From Lingula anatina (taxonomy: Eukaryota; Animalia; Brachiopoda): DNA of 64,000 nt. Under the pieces are notes generated by a model. That model did not search any database and had not been told where the DNA came from. It worked only from the letters and a program-made list of their open reading frames with translations. The stretch lies in contig CM120641.1 in NCBI GenBank assembly GCA_051362555.1, forward strand, positions 40,430,401 to 40,494,400, in the 5' to 3' direction. The position numbers and the translations under genes are program-made. Below, in pieces: positions 27,101 to 60,500 of the stretch (its first letter is position 1; each line of letters begins with the position of its first letter).

Positions 27101-30100
27101 AGTAACAAGCTTGTTGTTATAAGTGAGAGTATTTTACCAACCTTCCTTGGGATTTTAAACGTTAGTGCCAACCAACTGCAACATCCACCTTTCCATAACC
27201 CAGACTATCAAATCCCACCAATTAGAAATATCTATGCCAAAGACAATCCATTCCGATGTGACTGCACTAACTCATGGTTACAAAGTTACCTTCAAAAGGC
27301 AAACGTCACAGAGGTCTACTACCCATCTTCATATGAATTTCTTCACAGAGGAAAATACAATAACCTGTCACTTTCTACAAACCCATTTAAGGATATAGAA
27401 GATTTTCAATGTGCGAGTCCAGCCAAATGGAAAGATGACAAATTATTAGATCATATTGATTTTACTGCCGTTTGCCCAGTGGTTGAAGATTGCCCTTACC
27501 CATGCTATTGTAACTGGGACAACAGATTTAACCTAACAAAAGTCCACTGTGAAAATCTAAATATCACAACTCTGCCATCAGCGATGCCAAAAGGCAACCT
27601 CAGTATTTACTTACAGAACAACAAACTTGAAATAATCACAGATCAAGATTATTTCTCAAGAGTACATACACTTGTTGCCAGCAACAACTCAATTGCAAAA
27701 ATCACCAGCAGGATTTTCTGGTACATATCCCATGTGCAGCTGGATGGAAATATTCTAAAAAGTTTACCACAGGACATAGAAAGTATGAAAGGTCATAACA
27801 TAACTTCCCTTTCACTGAGCCGGAACCCATGGACGTGTTCCTGTGAAAACCTGTGGCTAAAGTCATGGCTTCTTAAAAAGAGAAAAGTCATCCACATGGA
27901 CTCCATTATATGTACAAATGAACCTGTTAAAGGAAAACCAATATCACAAGTAACGGAAGAAATGCTGCTTTGTCACCCTGCCAGCTACATTCAAGTAGCA
28001 GTATCTTTAGGCATTCTGCTCTTGCTGACACTCATAACAATAGCAGTCTTATATAAATATCGCTTTGAGGTCAAGGTTATCCTACACAGTCGCTTCAACT
28101 GGCATCCCTTTGATAGAGATCAAGAAATGACAGAAAAACTATATGATGCCTTCATTTCCTACAGCAGTGAGGACCGTTTATGGGTACACACCACCTTGGC
28201 TCCCACACTAGAAAACCAACAGTTACCTTATCGTCTCTGTATGCATTGCAGAGATTTTCTGCCAGGGGAGGCCATAGATAACAACATCATACAGGCCATT
28301 CAAAACAGCAGGTGCACCATTCTGGTGCTAACAAAGAACTTCTTAAAGAGCAACTGGTGCATATTTGAGTTCCAGCAAGCCCATTATCAAATGATCCACA
28401 ATGCTCACTTTAAGGTGATTGTCATCCTCAAAGAAGATATCCCAGCTAACGAGGAAATGGATGATGACCTCCGTGCCTACCTGAGAACTCATACCTACTT
28501 AGAGGCAAAGGACAAATGGTTTTGGAAGAAACTACTGTATGTGATGCCAACAATGAATAAAAATCACCATGAAAGAGGCTATAACCTTGCTCAGGATGGT
28601 GCAACAAATGTATAATGTCTGTAAAAGGAGGCATTTCAGCAGCTTGATATTTTTTAAAATAAATGTTAAATTCCAAATAAACAGAAAGAGAAAGACAATC
28701 AACATCAACAACTTTGTTTTTCACTTATAACCATGTACATTTTTAATACTTTCTAAGCTTAAAGAGATAACAACTGTTCATTTAGGTAAAAAAACAGATT
28801 TGCCTAGGGTAAACGATGATTTCCCCATACTTAACAATGGTTAATTAATTCATTCTGACATTTAAAGTTAGTCCATGTTATTTTTCTTATAAGTTTTTTT
28901 TTGGTAATAATCTCTTAAGAGTTGTTTACAATGTATTTATTTTGAAAAATGAATCTCATTTCAACAGTTGTTATCCCTTTATTATATATATATGTAGAAT
29001 TCAAGAATGGCAGCACATTTCCTTCTTAGAGCAGTGAGGTATCACAGCAGATAATACAATATGACTGAGAACAAGTAAAACAGAATATTCAAGATGGCTC
29101 ATTACTCTTTGATCATTGTTTTTTACTTAGTTCTTATATCAAATTTTGTTTATTAGTGAATCATAATAAAAATGATGCAATATTAAATGTAAAGTTACTT
29201 CACAAGTTATTTTATAAACCATAACTGTCCTACACAGTCTAATCTCTTTAAACCAGTTTAATGCTTAAGAGAAATAGGAGTGTAGATTTGATATCCAACG
29301 GCATGGAAAGAGGTACTTCATAGTTCTGTGTGAGAACAAAACTCAGCCTCCATGAAATCGTTGGTGTTGGTAAAGTCTAGATCTACTTTGCTTTACTCAA
29401 TGTAAACCTACCTTTCTCTGATCATGCATTGTGCGTCCAAACTGCTTCTGGAACTTACGTAGCTGACGCATACGATCCCTTAAAAAAATGAAAATAAGTG
29501 ATTATCTAGAAGTCAAAAATGGAGGTTTTTAAACAAATATGATTGCTCACATGTACAGCAGACAAATGTTAGAACACATCAGACATATCACTGATCAAGT
29601 ACTTTAGTTTACTGAACATTTACAGTCAAAATACAATAACATGAATTAACAATTCTTACCTTTCTCTACTCTTCTGCGTTTTAGAAAGCACCTGCATGCT
29701 TGCAGCATTTTGCTGTTGCCGCCGCTCTCTTTCACGTCGCAGTTTATTCTGTAACAAATTGGGTGAATCAGAATAAGACATTTCAGTTTGAGGTCATTTG
29801 CAGCTTTCCCCCCCCCCCCCCCTGTGAAATAAGTTCTCATTTAGTTGAAGATAGTTTAAAGGAAGTGTGTCCTTTCCTTACTTTTCGTAAGACTTGAAGA
29901 TGAAGTTTTCTTATAGAAGGGGGAATAATGTAGAAGTCCAACCCAAAGAATTTGACAGCTTTATTTTCAAAATAGCTCACCATTTGCGAAACCATAGTAT
30001 ATTGACTGCCTATTACACCAAAATTCTCATTCCAACATTTCACTTTGGCAATGCAAAAATACATGAAATCCTAGTTCTCATAATATCACTTATGAAAGTT

Positions 30101-30993
30101 TCTTATGAGGCTATTTCTGATACCTGGTTGAACTTCATCCTGGCTCTCTGGTAGATGGGTTTCTGTACTTTAGCAGTATCAACCAGCTGGAAGGTGCTTT
30201 CATCTTCTTCATGATAATAAGCGTATTGACTACCACCTCCAAACTGAGAAGAATACTTATCTAGAAAGAAGGGAGTTATTCCTATTATAATTTGGTAAAT
30301 TTGATGAGATGAAATGACTGGCAACATTGTCTAAAGTTCTTGAATGTTGAACATAAAGTTCTGACTACATTAAAATTTTCATTTGAAAAATTCATAAAAA
30401 TCATTGGTTGAAATCAAAATCAGCACAAGCACCTGCATCTTAACATACTTGGCTTTTCAGTACAATATTAACAAAAGTAATATAATTACTCATATATCTT
30501 CTGTCTTGGTAAGTGGAACCCGTCCAGTCAGACACCTAAAATGTAACGGTACAGTTCACATAAAAGAAGAAAACCTTCTGCATATTGTCACATAAAGAGT
30601 ATGTGGAGCCAGTTTTTTGTTGGACATGACAGGTACATGTAATCAAATTTAAAAACTTTACATATTTAAATCCCTTGGCTCAGTCGAATATCCGAATGTA
30701 AGAATAAACTTTAAATATTTTGGACTCGTACAGCACTTATTTACATTTTTTGCTCAGCAGCAAGGCAACTGAGATTACTTTAAAATCCAACTTTCTTCTC
30801 AGACCACGACACCGGCATATGGAAATGGAAAGGCACGGCAGGGTGGTGACAGATGGCAAGGTTCACTTACCTTTCCAAGTCTATCTCCCTTTGAAAACGG
30901 TTGATATGGCATATCTTTGAATTTCTCAGGTACTTGACATGGTCCCCAGCCATTGGGGTTGTCCTGTATGACAGGCGGGGTGAAATGGGCCAT
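21135..30993 (-). CDS. EIF3D: Eukaryotic translation initiation factor 3 subunit D
   Basis: 14 coding exons running from [18 protein letters not shown]...[15 protein letters not shown] through [47 protein letters not shown] and [18 protein letters not shown] to [10 protein letters not shown] plus an acidic tail. A further 3' exon starts at 20359, with polyA signals near 20070-20090. Confidence 0.97.
26012..28615 (+). CDS. Toll-like receptor, multiple-cysteine-cluster (protostome) type, intronless CDS, nested in eIF3d intron 5
   Basis: 867-aa ORF with signal peptide, LRRNT (CPHDCTC), LRRs, LRRCT (NPFRCDC), a second LRRNT (CPYPCYC), LRRs, LRRCT (NPWTCSC), a TM helix and a TIR domain ([29 protein letters not shown]). 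Acceptor TTTTCTTCCAG just upstream of the ATG suggests a 5'UTR intron. Confidence 0.95.
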   Translation: MLNEAQLLLFLCVCIGTSKVLVSGAPQQESCPHDCTCQPSSLWDFLESKMKEVNTVYGTSDSLSNTKTSLTSLLDQLKPFFQLFPCLNIQCAVHDDWSFDLSESVKYATSQGVFVTLNVICPRGAVLNWTDTAPYSQIAGLTVRGCALQKNTNISIENTVNLIEIDFSNVGTNWFRHVTIHAQALSNVYKLSLENNNLTTFPLDTSGFGMKNLRWLNLKGNHFSSIDCALLEKYDTLVDINMDNNLITTIPNCVTQHRSPNHAKLHLRHNLITDLEAWYEPKRVTSSLWGLYLDYNKITSLRRIASCNLQIIHLSHNNINYIEPSTFWSLKYLMDVDLSYNMLSYIEPGTFTGLPIIDRLDLSSNKLVVISESILPTFLGILNVSANQLQHPPFHNPDYQIPPIRNIYAKDNPFRCDCTNSWLQSYLQKANVTEVYYPSSYEFLHRGKYNNLSLSTNPFKDIEDFQCASPAKWKDDKLLDHIDFTAVCPVVEDCPYPCYCNWDNRFNLTKVHCENLNITTLPSAMPKGNLSIYLQNNKLEIITDQDYFSRVHTLVASNNSIAKITSRIFWYISHVQLDGNILKSLPQDIESMKGHNITSLSLSRNPWTCSCENLWLKSWLLKKRKVIHMDSIICTNEPVKGKPISQVTEEMLLCHPASYIQVAVSLGILLLLTLITIAVLYKYRFEVKVILHSRFNWHPFDRDQEMTEKLYDAFISYSSEDRLWVHTTLAPTLENQQLPYRLCMHCRDFLPGEAIDNNIIQAIQNSRCTILVLTKNFLKSNWCIFEFQQAHYQMIHNAHFKVIVILKEDIPANEEMDDDLRAYLRTHTYLEAKDKWFWKKLLYVMPTMNKNHHERGYNLAQDGATNV

Positions 30994-31316
30994 TTTTATT
31001 CGCTTTTTCTACCTACGAAAAACGTGGAGAGCAATGGCGCTTATCCACCACTGTCCCGCAGTCAATAATAATTTGACGTGATTAAGTTGTATCTCATCTT
31101 AACTTTTGATATACCGTCGTCCAAAAATACATAAACTATATTGTAAAATTAAAAGCTCCACAAAGGTAGTAAATAATATTGATAAAAATGATAAAATTTA
31201 ATTTAGATCTCCGCATCAAATTGATGGGAACCTTGTAATGTAAATGAATGACGAAGGTACTTGGTGTGACGATTTGTGTCGGCTTACCTTTAACCTGTTG
31301 AAAATGTAATCAGACG
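30994..31316. promoter_or_regulatory. Bidirectional promoter between eIF3d and TRAF7
   Basis: Divergent ATGs about 323 bp apart, with locally raised CpG. Confidence 0.6.
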
Positions 31317-42292
<10,976 letters not shown>

Positions 42293-44113
42293 TCAGTATG
42301 ACTTAACAGAAAATGACACCAGCTCAACTGTTTTATTTGCAGAAAGGATAGAAGAATATTGTTCTTACAGGATGCATCCCTTTTTGATATATGACCTTTT
42401 CTTTGTTTGGTTTTTTAAATCCAAACATCTGACAATTTTAAAATATTATAATGTGAATCCAATATTTTAATGACATGTTTTGAACTAAAGCATTATGTTT
42501 TTCAAAGATTGGATGCTTTGTTCTTTTTTGAACCTGGTAGGCCTACTGCAGAAGCTTTCAATATTTCACACAGTCTTCAGCAATTATAATGTTTTATTGA
42601 AAAGAGATAGCTCCTTGAGCTTATATTATTTATTTAGGTTTAATATTTTATGCAGTTGAAGATATGCTTTGTACACCAAAGATGACATGGAAGTGCAAAA
42701 TTGATTGGTTTTTTAAAATTATTAAAGTAATGCTCCCCACATGGCATTTATCTACATTACATTTGCAATATGAATGAAGTTTTTTATGGAGTGCGTTGTA
42801 TTGAGATGGTATTTCAGATATTTTAAGTATTAAGCATTGAGAAAGAAATATTGTTTTAAAGATGGCATAAGCCCTATAGTATGTTTAATTGTAGATTTTA
42901 AGCAGCATTTGTGGTCTTTTCAAATTAGAAGAATAATGGAGATGTAACTACTTAAGATATTAGATCACTGTAATTTTAACATTGAAGGAGACCAATTGTT
43001 TAACATGCATGTTTCAGCTAAGGTAGTGCCATCATTGTCTTATTATGTCCATTGTAGATACGAAAAAAAAAAAAATCATTGAAATAAATGAAAATCAGTA
43101 TTTACATCAAATCAGAAACCTTGTCAAAATTTTACATTCCACTACCAAGTGGCAGTAGTTACCTGCATTTAGTGCTTATCTGTCTTTTTGCAGAATTATT
43201 GAAAATAATAGACATTCTTATATAATAATAAAAATCTTAATTTATGTGAGATAACAAAGCTGAATTTTACAAATGTGGCATATTTTTCTTAGGTTTATTT
43301 CTAATCACCCATGTATACATATAAAAATAACGATTCCATACATTGCACATCTTAATGCTAAACCATAAAATGATTACTTCAGCTTTTGTCATAAACAATT
43401 CAAATTATTGCACACATTACTGCAGCGCACCACAGTAAAATAGACAACTTCACCAAATGTGAATGTCTTTCACAACAGTCTTAATGTAAGGTAACAAAAA
43501 CTAGGCTGGGGAAATGATGCTGTTTTTGAGGATTTTTTTTTTTTTTTTCTATTAAAGTAACCTAAGCAACAAGTACCAAATGAGAAAATATATTTAACTT
43601 CCAGTTATATTAAGAATGACCATGTTATTCTATATTTTCCTGCATGAAGGAAAAGTACTAGAAAGAAATTTGGTGACTGCAAGAGCAGGACAGCATAATA
43701 CAGATAACAATACTTTTTAGCTGTAACCTGTCAGTTTGTCAGTTGACAGCCATGATGTTGTTTAAATAAGATGTACACAGAACTTGAGCTCTTACCACAA
43801 TCAACCTGATTAACAGTTTGTCCAACATGCAATGAAAAAAAAACAAAAAAACTAAGGACAAAAGATCGCCATACTGCCCCCTTAAAATAAAATTATAGCA
43901 TGGTATCTGCATAACTTGAATGTCATTTTTTCTAAATAAGTTGTTAAAAATTCATAATTACTCTTGGATTTCATGGAATGTATGCAAAAGGCTGTAGCCA
44001 AGACTACGCATGATATTTACCATTTCAATGTGACAGCAAGGGGAAAAAAGTTGGAAGCTGTATATTTGTATTTGTATTTGATTTCTTTCTTTCTGCTCTT
44101 TGTATGATAGTAA

Positions 44114-54801
<10,688 letters not shown>

Positions 54802-57528
54802 CACTGAACTTTGTGGTAAAACTTTTATAGAATAGAATTAAATACAATAAGGTCAGATCAGACCACAGCATTGGTTTAGACAAGTAACAAACAAGTTTTT
54901 TTTACACTTACAAATACACTCACAGTGACAATTGTATTTGTCAAGGCAGATAAGCAACAGTCAAGAAAACATCAGACACAAATATAGCTAGTTATCTTGT
55001 TTGTCTGTTTATCAAGGGGTTTTCTTGTAGTGTATTGCATGCTTTGTCTACACCATGGGTGAGGCAGTATTTTACTAGGCAACCAAGTACCACTTACTGG
55101 GAAACCCAACTTCTGATTGACAACAAGTACTTGGAAGAGAATATATGATAGATATTATTGACATGTACAGACTGTATATACATATATATGTAGAAATGAG
55201 TTTAATTAAGTTAGAAAAGATGATTAATCACAGGGATAGATCCTTAATAACATTTAAGAAAACTGAATGACTTCAGTCTCTAGTATTCTACAGGGATTTT
55301 CCTGCGAAGCAAGTGAAACCCAGTGAGTTTTGAAACCTGCACAATTTTTTCAGACCACTTTCATAATTTAGATTGCAATTATCTTCTCAGAATATCCATA
55401 TGTGAAAGCAAGCTATTTACAAGAATTGCTTTCTGTAATTTCTTTGCTTAGGACTTTGTTAAAATTTAGTCGATTATCACTGGACTCTTGTAGCTGATAC
55501 ACACACACACAATATATATATATATAGTATATATAGGAATACATATTTAAGGTGCTTTAAACTTCCCTCAAAATCTTGCTTGGATACTTGACTCTGTTGC
55601 TGGACTTTTTATCTGTGATATGGTTAGTTCACTCTCACAAATCAATTCCCGATTAAGTAATTAAGAGACAACACTGTTACCCATCAACCACGTAAAACAA
55701 TGATCTTGTACTCGTTTGATAGTTAATTATCCAAATTTTCTTGAGAACAGTGACAGATACATAGTGTTTATGTAATGTAACAACAGCTTGGCAGCTGAAG
55801 AGCAAGATCTTGAGGGTATATTATTTTGCTTCATAACTGGCATTGCAAAAGCACAGCTTGGCTTTTACAAATGAGAAGCAATGCATTCGTAGGGTGATGC
55901 AAGAGTGCTTTCTCCATCTTTCATTTGGTTTCTTAACTAAAATGAGCTCACATTTTCTTAGAAGTGATGAATTATTTGTGATGCTAGGGCCAGTTGTTAA
56001 GTTATTTAAATTTTAAAGGCAATGATCATCAAAAACCTGTTTTGCGCAGATGTAAAGCACCCATCCCTTTCATAGAACTGAACACATTTCGAAGAGGAGT
56101 TAGCTGTTAGTGTTGGTATTCAGTTGAATAGGCTAACAAACCTTAAATTGTGGTGGATTGCTAACTTTATTAGTCAATAGAATATTTATAAGGCACCAGT
56201 TAAGAAAGAAGTTCCAGTTTAAATATATTGAAATGTACATGAATAACACATTTTCTTTAGCACTGGGGATGACAAAGCTTAGAAAATAATAATTTGAAGC
56301 TATTCCAGCTACTCCTAGCGAGTGTGCCTACTTGAAGCTGATATGCCAAAGGCTCTAACCTTTCATGTGAGATCATGTATGAAACTATCAGGATTAAAAT
56401 ACTAAAATCATATGCCGTTTGTCTTTTAGAACAATATCTTAGAAGAATATAAATAATTGCTTCAATTTTTGCTTCTACTCCAAATATCATGATAATGTTT
56501 TGACACAAATCATGACTGAACAAGGTGGGACTCATTTTCTTTGAGTTGTAACCAACATTCACCCCACAGCAGATGCTTAGAACAATAGGATAATTGCATA
56601 TGTAGCCAAATACAAGTACATGCAGATTATACTGTAGATGAGCTTCACATACACTAAAGAGCGACTGAAGGATATGTGTCAGAACTTCCATGGGGAATTC
56701 CCCACTCAAGTGACCTATGCAATACAATAAGCAGGGAAAACAGGCTTCTCTGCATTTTATTTGGTGCACTCTGAGTGAAATACAAGAGCAGTCCTATTAT
56801 TTGAAACGCCTGCATTGGGATGAGCCAGTCACGATGACTCGTCCACTTTATGCGCCAAATAAGAGCAAATTATATCTTGGCTGAGCTTCAATGTCATCAT
56901 GATCTCGTTTGTTGCATTTGCTAGAGACGACTAGTGTAGTAACTAGTACATAGTTTAACCCCCCCCCCCCCCCAAATTATCAAAAACTATTAGAAAGGCA
57001 GTAAAATCCAATTAAGCATATTTTCTTCACACAAAGAAAAAAAAAACGAAAGTTGTAACACCAACCTTTATTGTAATGATATCCTTAATTGCAGTATACA
57101 AGATCACTGCTGATAAATAAATAATTCACTGCTTTTCTAGTAGTTCTGTAAGTAACGGGTGTAATCAATACAACTGCTGGAGAGTAAACCAAAAGTTCAC
57201 CCTTATAAAATCAGAAGTCCTGTAAATATGAAAGCAAATGCCACATACCCAGTAAGTAATAATGACTTTGCTTAATCATAATCATAAAAGACGTTATATT
57301 TATGTAAATTTACGTTCATACTACTTCAGAGATGAGCAAAACAAAAAGAATAAATCTAACATATTTTAAATCAAAGTAAAAACTGATGACATTAGAATCT
57401 GATTCAATTGTAAAGTTCATTATTTGAATAATTACCTTCCAGGAACTTGATTTTAAGTACAATACTATCACACCATGTAAATAAAAGTAATATTATGTCA
57501 GTTAGAAACCATGTTTACTAGCAGATAA

Positions 57529-60500
57529 TCACTTTTTTGCACTAGACAAAGAAGCTGCTATCCCACCTAAAGATGGAAAGTCTGTATCTAAACCGTGAGC
57601 TGCCAAATGCATTTCAGAGTCTTCCTTTAAGAGAACCTGATTGCAAATATGGCAAGGAGTAAAAAGCACCGCATTCCCGGAGGTCCACCCTTTTTTCTTG
57701 GCACGAATCTGAAGCACATCATTCTTTTTCTTATCAACTGCAGTATTGTAGACTTCTAGTAGCTCATTCTGTTTAGATACGTCTGGCAGTAAAGTGACTA
57801 GTTCTGGGAAAATTGTGTCAAATTGTTTCTCCCCAAACAGATCTTGGCAATGTCTGTAGTATTCTCCTGCTTGCAGTAAACCTTTCCTAAATTCACCAGA
57901 CCACCCTTTAAACTTCCCAAACTTAACTTCGTCCTGCAGGCCGTCTAAAATTAATTTCATCAACTTCTGATTTCTTTGCTTGAAATCGGCAGGCTGTATG
58001 TAAGACGATGTCACCTTATCTTGTGTTGAAATATTTTCCACACTGTTCAGTGGGTTTGAGAAGCCAGGTGGTGGTTTGGGTACTTGTGGGCTTGTGAAGC
58101 CAGGTGGGGGATTGGCAACTGTTTTATTAAATCCTGGGGGAGGCCTGCTGAAGTTAGTGGCACAGCTATCGCCCTTACTAAACCCAGGTGGTGGTTTACT
58201 TGGCTGTTGGACAGTGCTCAATAAACTAGGAAAGTCAGCATCTAAATTTTGTTGAATCTGTGGTTGTGGTGGATTCTTTGAAACAGACTTGTATACTATA
58301 AGTGGCTTTTCCTCTGGTGGTGGTGGTGAATGCTTTTTGAAGGGCAAGTTGTATAGATCAAAGCCAGATTCTTCTTTTGCAGCATCATTTTCTTCCTTTT
58401 TATTTTCTTTTTTGGAAGACTTCTTTTTCTTTTCCAGAGGCTCCTTGTTTTCTAAACTAGAACTAGAACTCTCAGTATATTCAGTTTTTCCGTGACTTTT
58501 CTGTTCCTCAGATGTTTTCTGACAATCTGTGCCTGTAGCTTTATTTTTCTTTTTCTTCTTTTTGGTGGATACTTTCATGAAAGGAACCTCATCTTCTTTC
58601 TCTGCTTCTTTTACTGGTTTCACCCACTTAGTATTGAGTACTAACTGGGGGTCAGATTTGCCCAGTGAAGGAAAATCTTCCTCGGCTACCAATGAGGATA
58701 TTTCTTTTAAACTTGAAGGACGAGGCAGACTACCTTTTAACTGAGTGTTCTTCAAAGCAATATTTCCTATCACAGCGGGTGCATTACTAGGTCTCTGTTT
58801 CACCTTGGACATTTGTTTTGTGATAGACGGTGCCCCATCTCCTGGACCTAAAGCAGGAAAATCTTCTTCTAAAGATGCCTTTGTATTAATCCAAGCCTGT
58901 TGATTTTTAACAGGTACTTTCCTTATAGTACTATTGCTCTTACTGCTGCCTCCAAGAGATGGAAATTCCTCTTGAGTCAATCCACCTTCAGCAACTGAGA
59001 AGTTATTAGCCATTGCAAACCTCTGTGCCATTGAACTAGTTTTTGACTGAACAGGTGCTTGGGAGTCTGTCTCACTATTAGTCGCAGTGTCTTCATCTCT
59101 CAAGGATGGGAAGTCAGCTGAAGTACGCTTAAACTGTGTTCCAGCTTCTTCAGAATCTCTCTTACTTTTGCCCGACTTTGCCTTCTTTTCCATGTCTGCC
59201 ATGGATGCTTGTATACCTGCTTCCAGTTCAGTATCCATCCTGTCAACACAATGAAAACAGACATTTTATTATGCTTGCTTTAAAAAATACAATAATTTGG
59301 TGACTGCATCCCTTTGTTTTTTAATATTTAAGAAGAATAGCATTTTCAATTTGGAGATGAAATCCTATACAGACAAGTGTTTTTCCAGTCCCAATTTTAC
59401 AATTTGAATACTAAACAAGTGGACACGTTCATGTTAGTTATTTATTTTAACATGTATCATGTTATTTATGGCAAGACCAGCACAATCCATTGGAAATCAT
59501 CCAAGATGTAGCTACTATGTGACAACATATGAGTATGAAAACTTGGGAGAATGCGCAGGTGGGATTTACCTTTTTAGCAACAAGGCAGGAAATCTACAGA
59601 GTCTAAGAGCACATTCTCACAGATAAATTTCTAGCTTACCTCCCTTTCCCATGTCCCCTATTCTGTGCCTGTCTTAATTGCTTTTCTGCATTATTTATGA
59701 CTTCTTGGTAGTCTTCTCTGCTTATAACACCTAAAATATCATTATGTACTTTGTGTAATACACAGCAAATGGTAATTTCATTTAGTTTTATCTGAATAAA
59801 GTACACACATAATATTGCTATTTACCACCATGTTTTACAATAGCACGAAACACGAACAACAACAGGGACCAAAATGCTAAGAGACAAGACTTTAAGCTAC
59901 AGCTTATCTTCAAAATTATAATATCTTTCAATCTTTTCAAATTACTGCATTTCACTTTTACCTCTTCCTCTGCCTCTGTGACTTTCTCTTGGTGCATAAT
60001 TGAATTCTATGTCCAAGGTTCTAGCTTGCCTAGCCTGAGCTTTTTTCATTGCTTTCGTGTGCTCAGTGGCCTTATGGGCTCTCAGATCTATGTCACTTCT
60101 AAATGCATTGGTGAATTGAACGCCCCTGCATTCATCCTCTTCACAAAGATAGTGCTGTCCCCTAAAGTGATCTTGAAGATCCTTGTAGTTTCTGTAAAAA
60201 TATCAAAACATAATTGTTATCCACAAACAGTATGCTCCCCAACAAAAGAGAGCTAACTAGATATGAAATTCAATGTTAAAGACCATTTCATCATTTTAAT
60301 GACGGCATAAACCTTTTTTGTGCAATCACAGCTCAAAGTTAAATGTACCTACTATTACACTCATCTTATATGATATTATTTATTTTTGGACTTACTCAAA
60401 ATAGTCTTGTAGTCCATCTGTATCACAAAAATGACAGAAATAGTGATCTTTCCTAAGATGTTTCAGTAGTTCATCATTATCAAAGTAACGCACATCACAG

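Noticed and set aside
28130-28550. NADase activity of the TLR TIR domain (WCxxE glutamate)
   Set aside because: This glutamate is common in scaffold-type TLR TIRs and is not diagnostic on its own.
56257-56769. 170-aa minus-strand ORF
   Set aside because: It lies in the probable Rac1 3'UTR, has no domain or splice support, and has non-coding-like composition.
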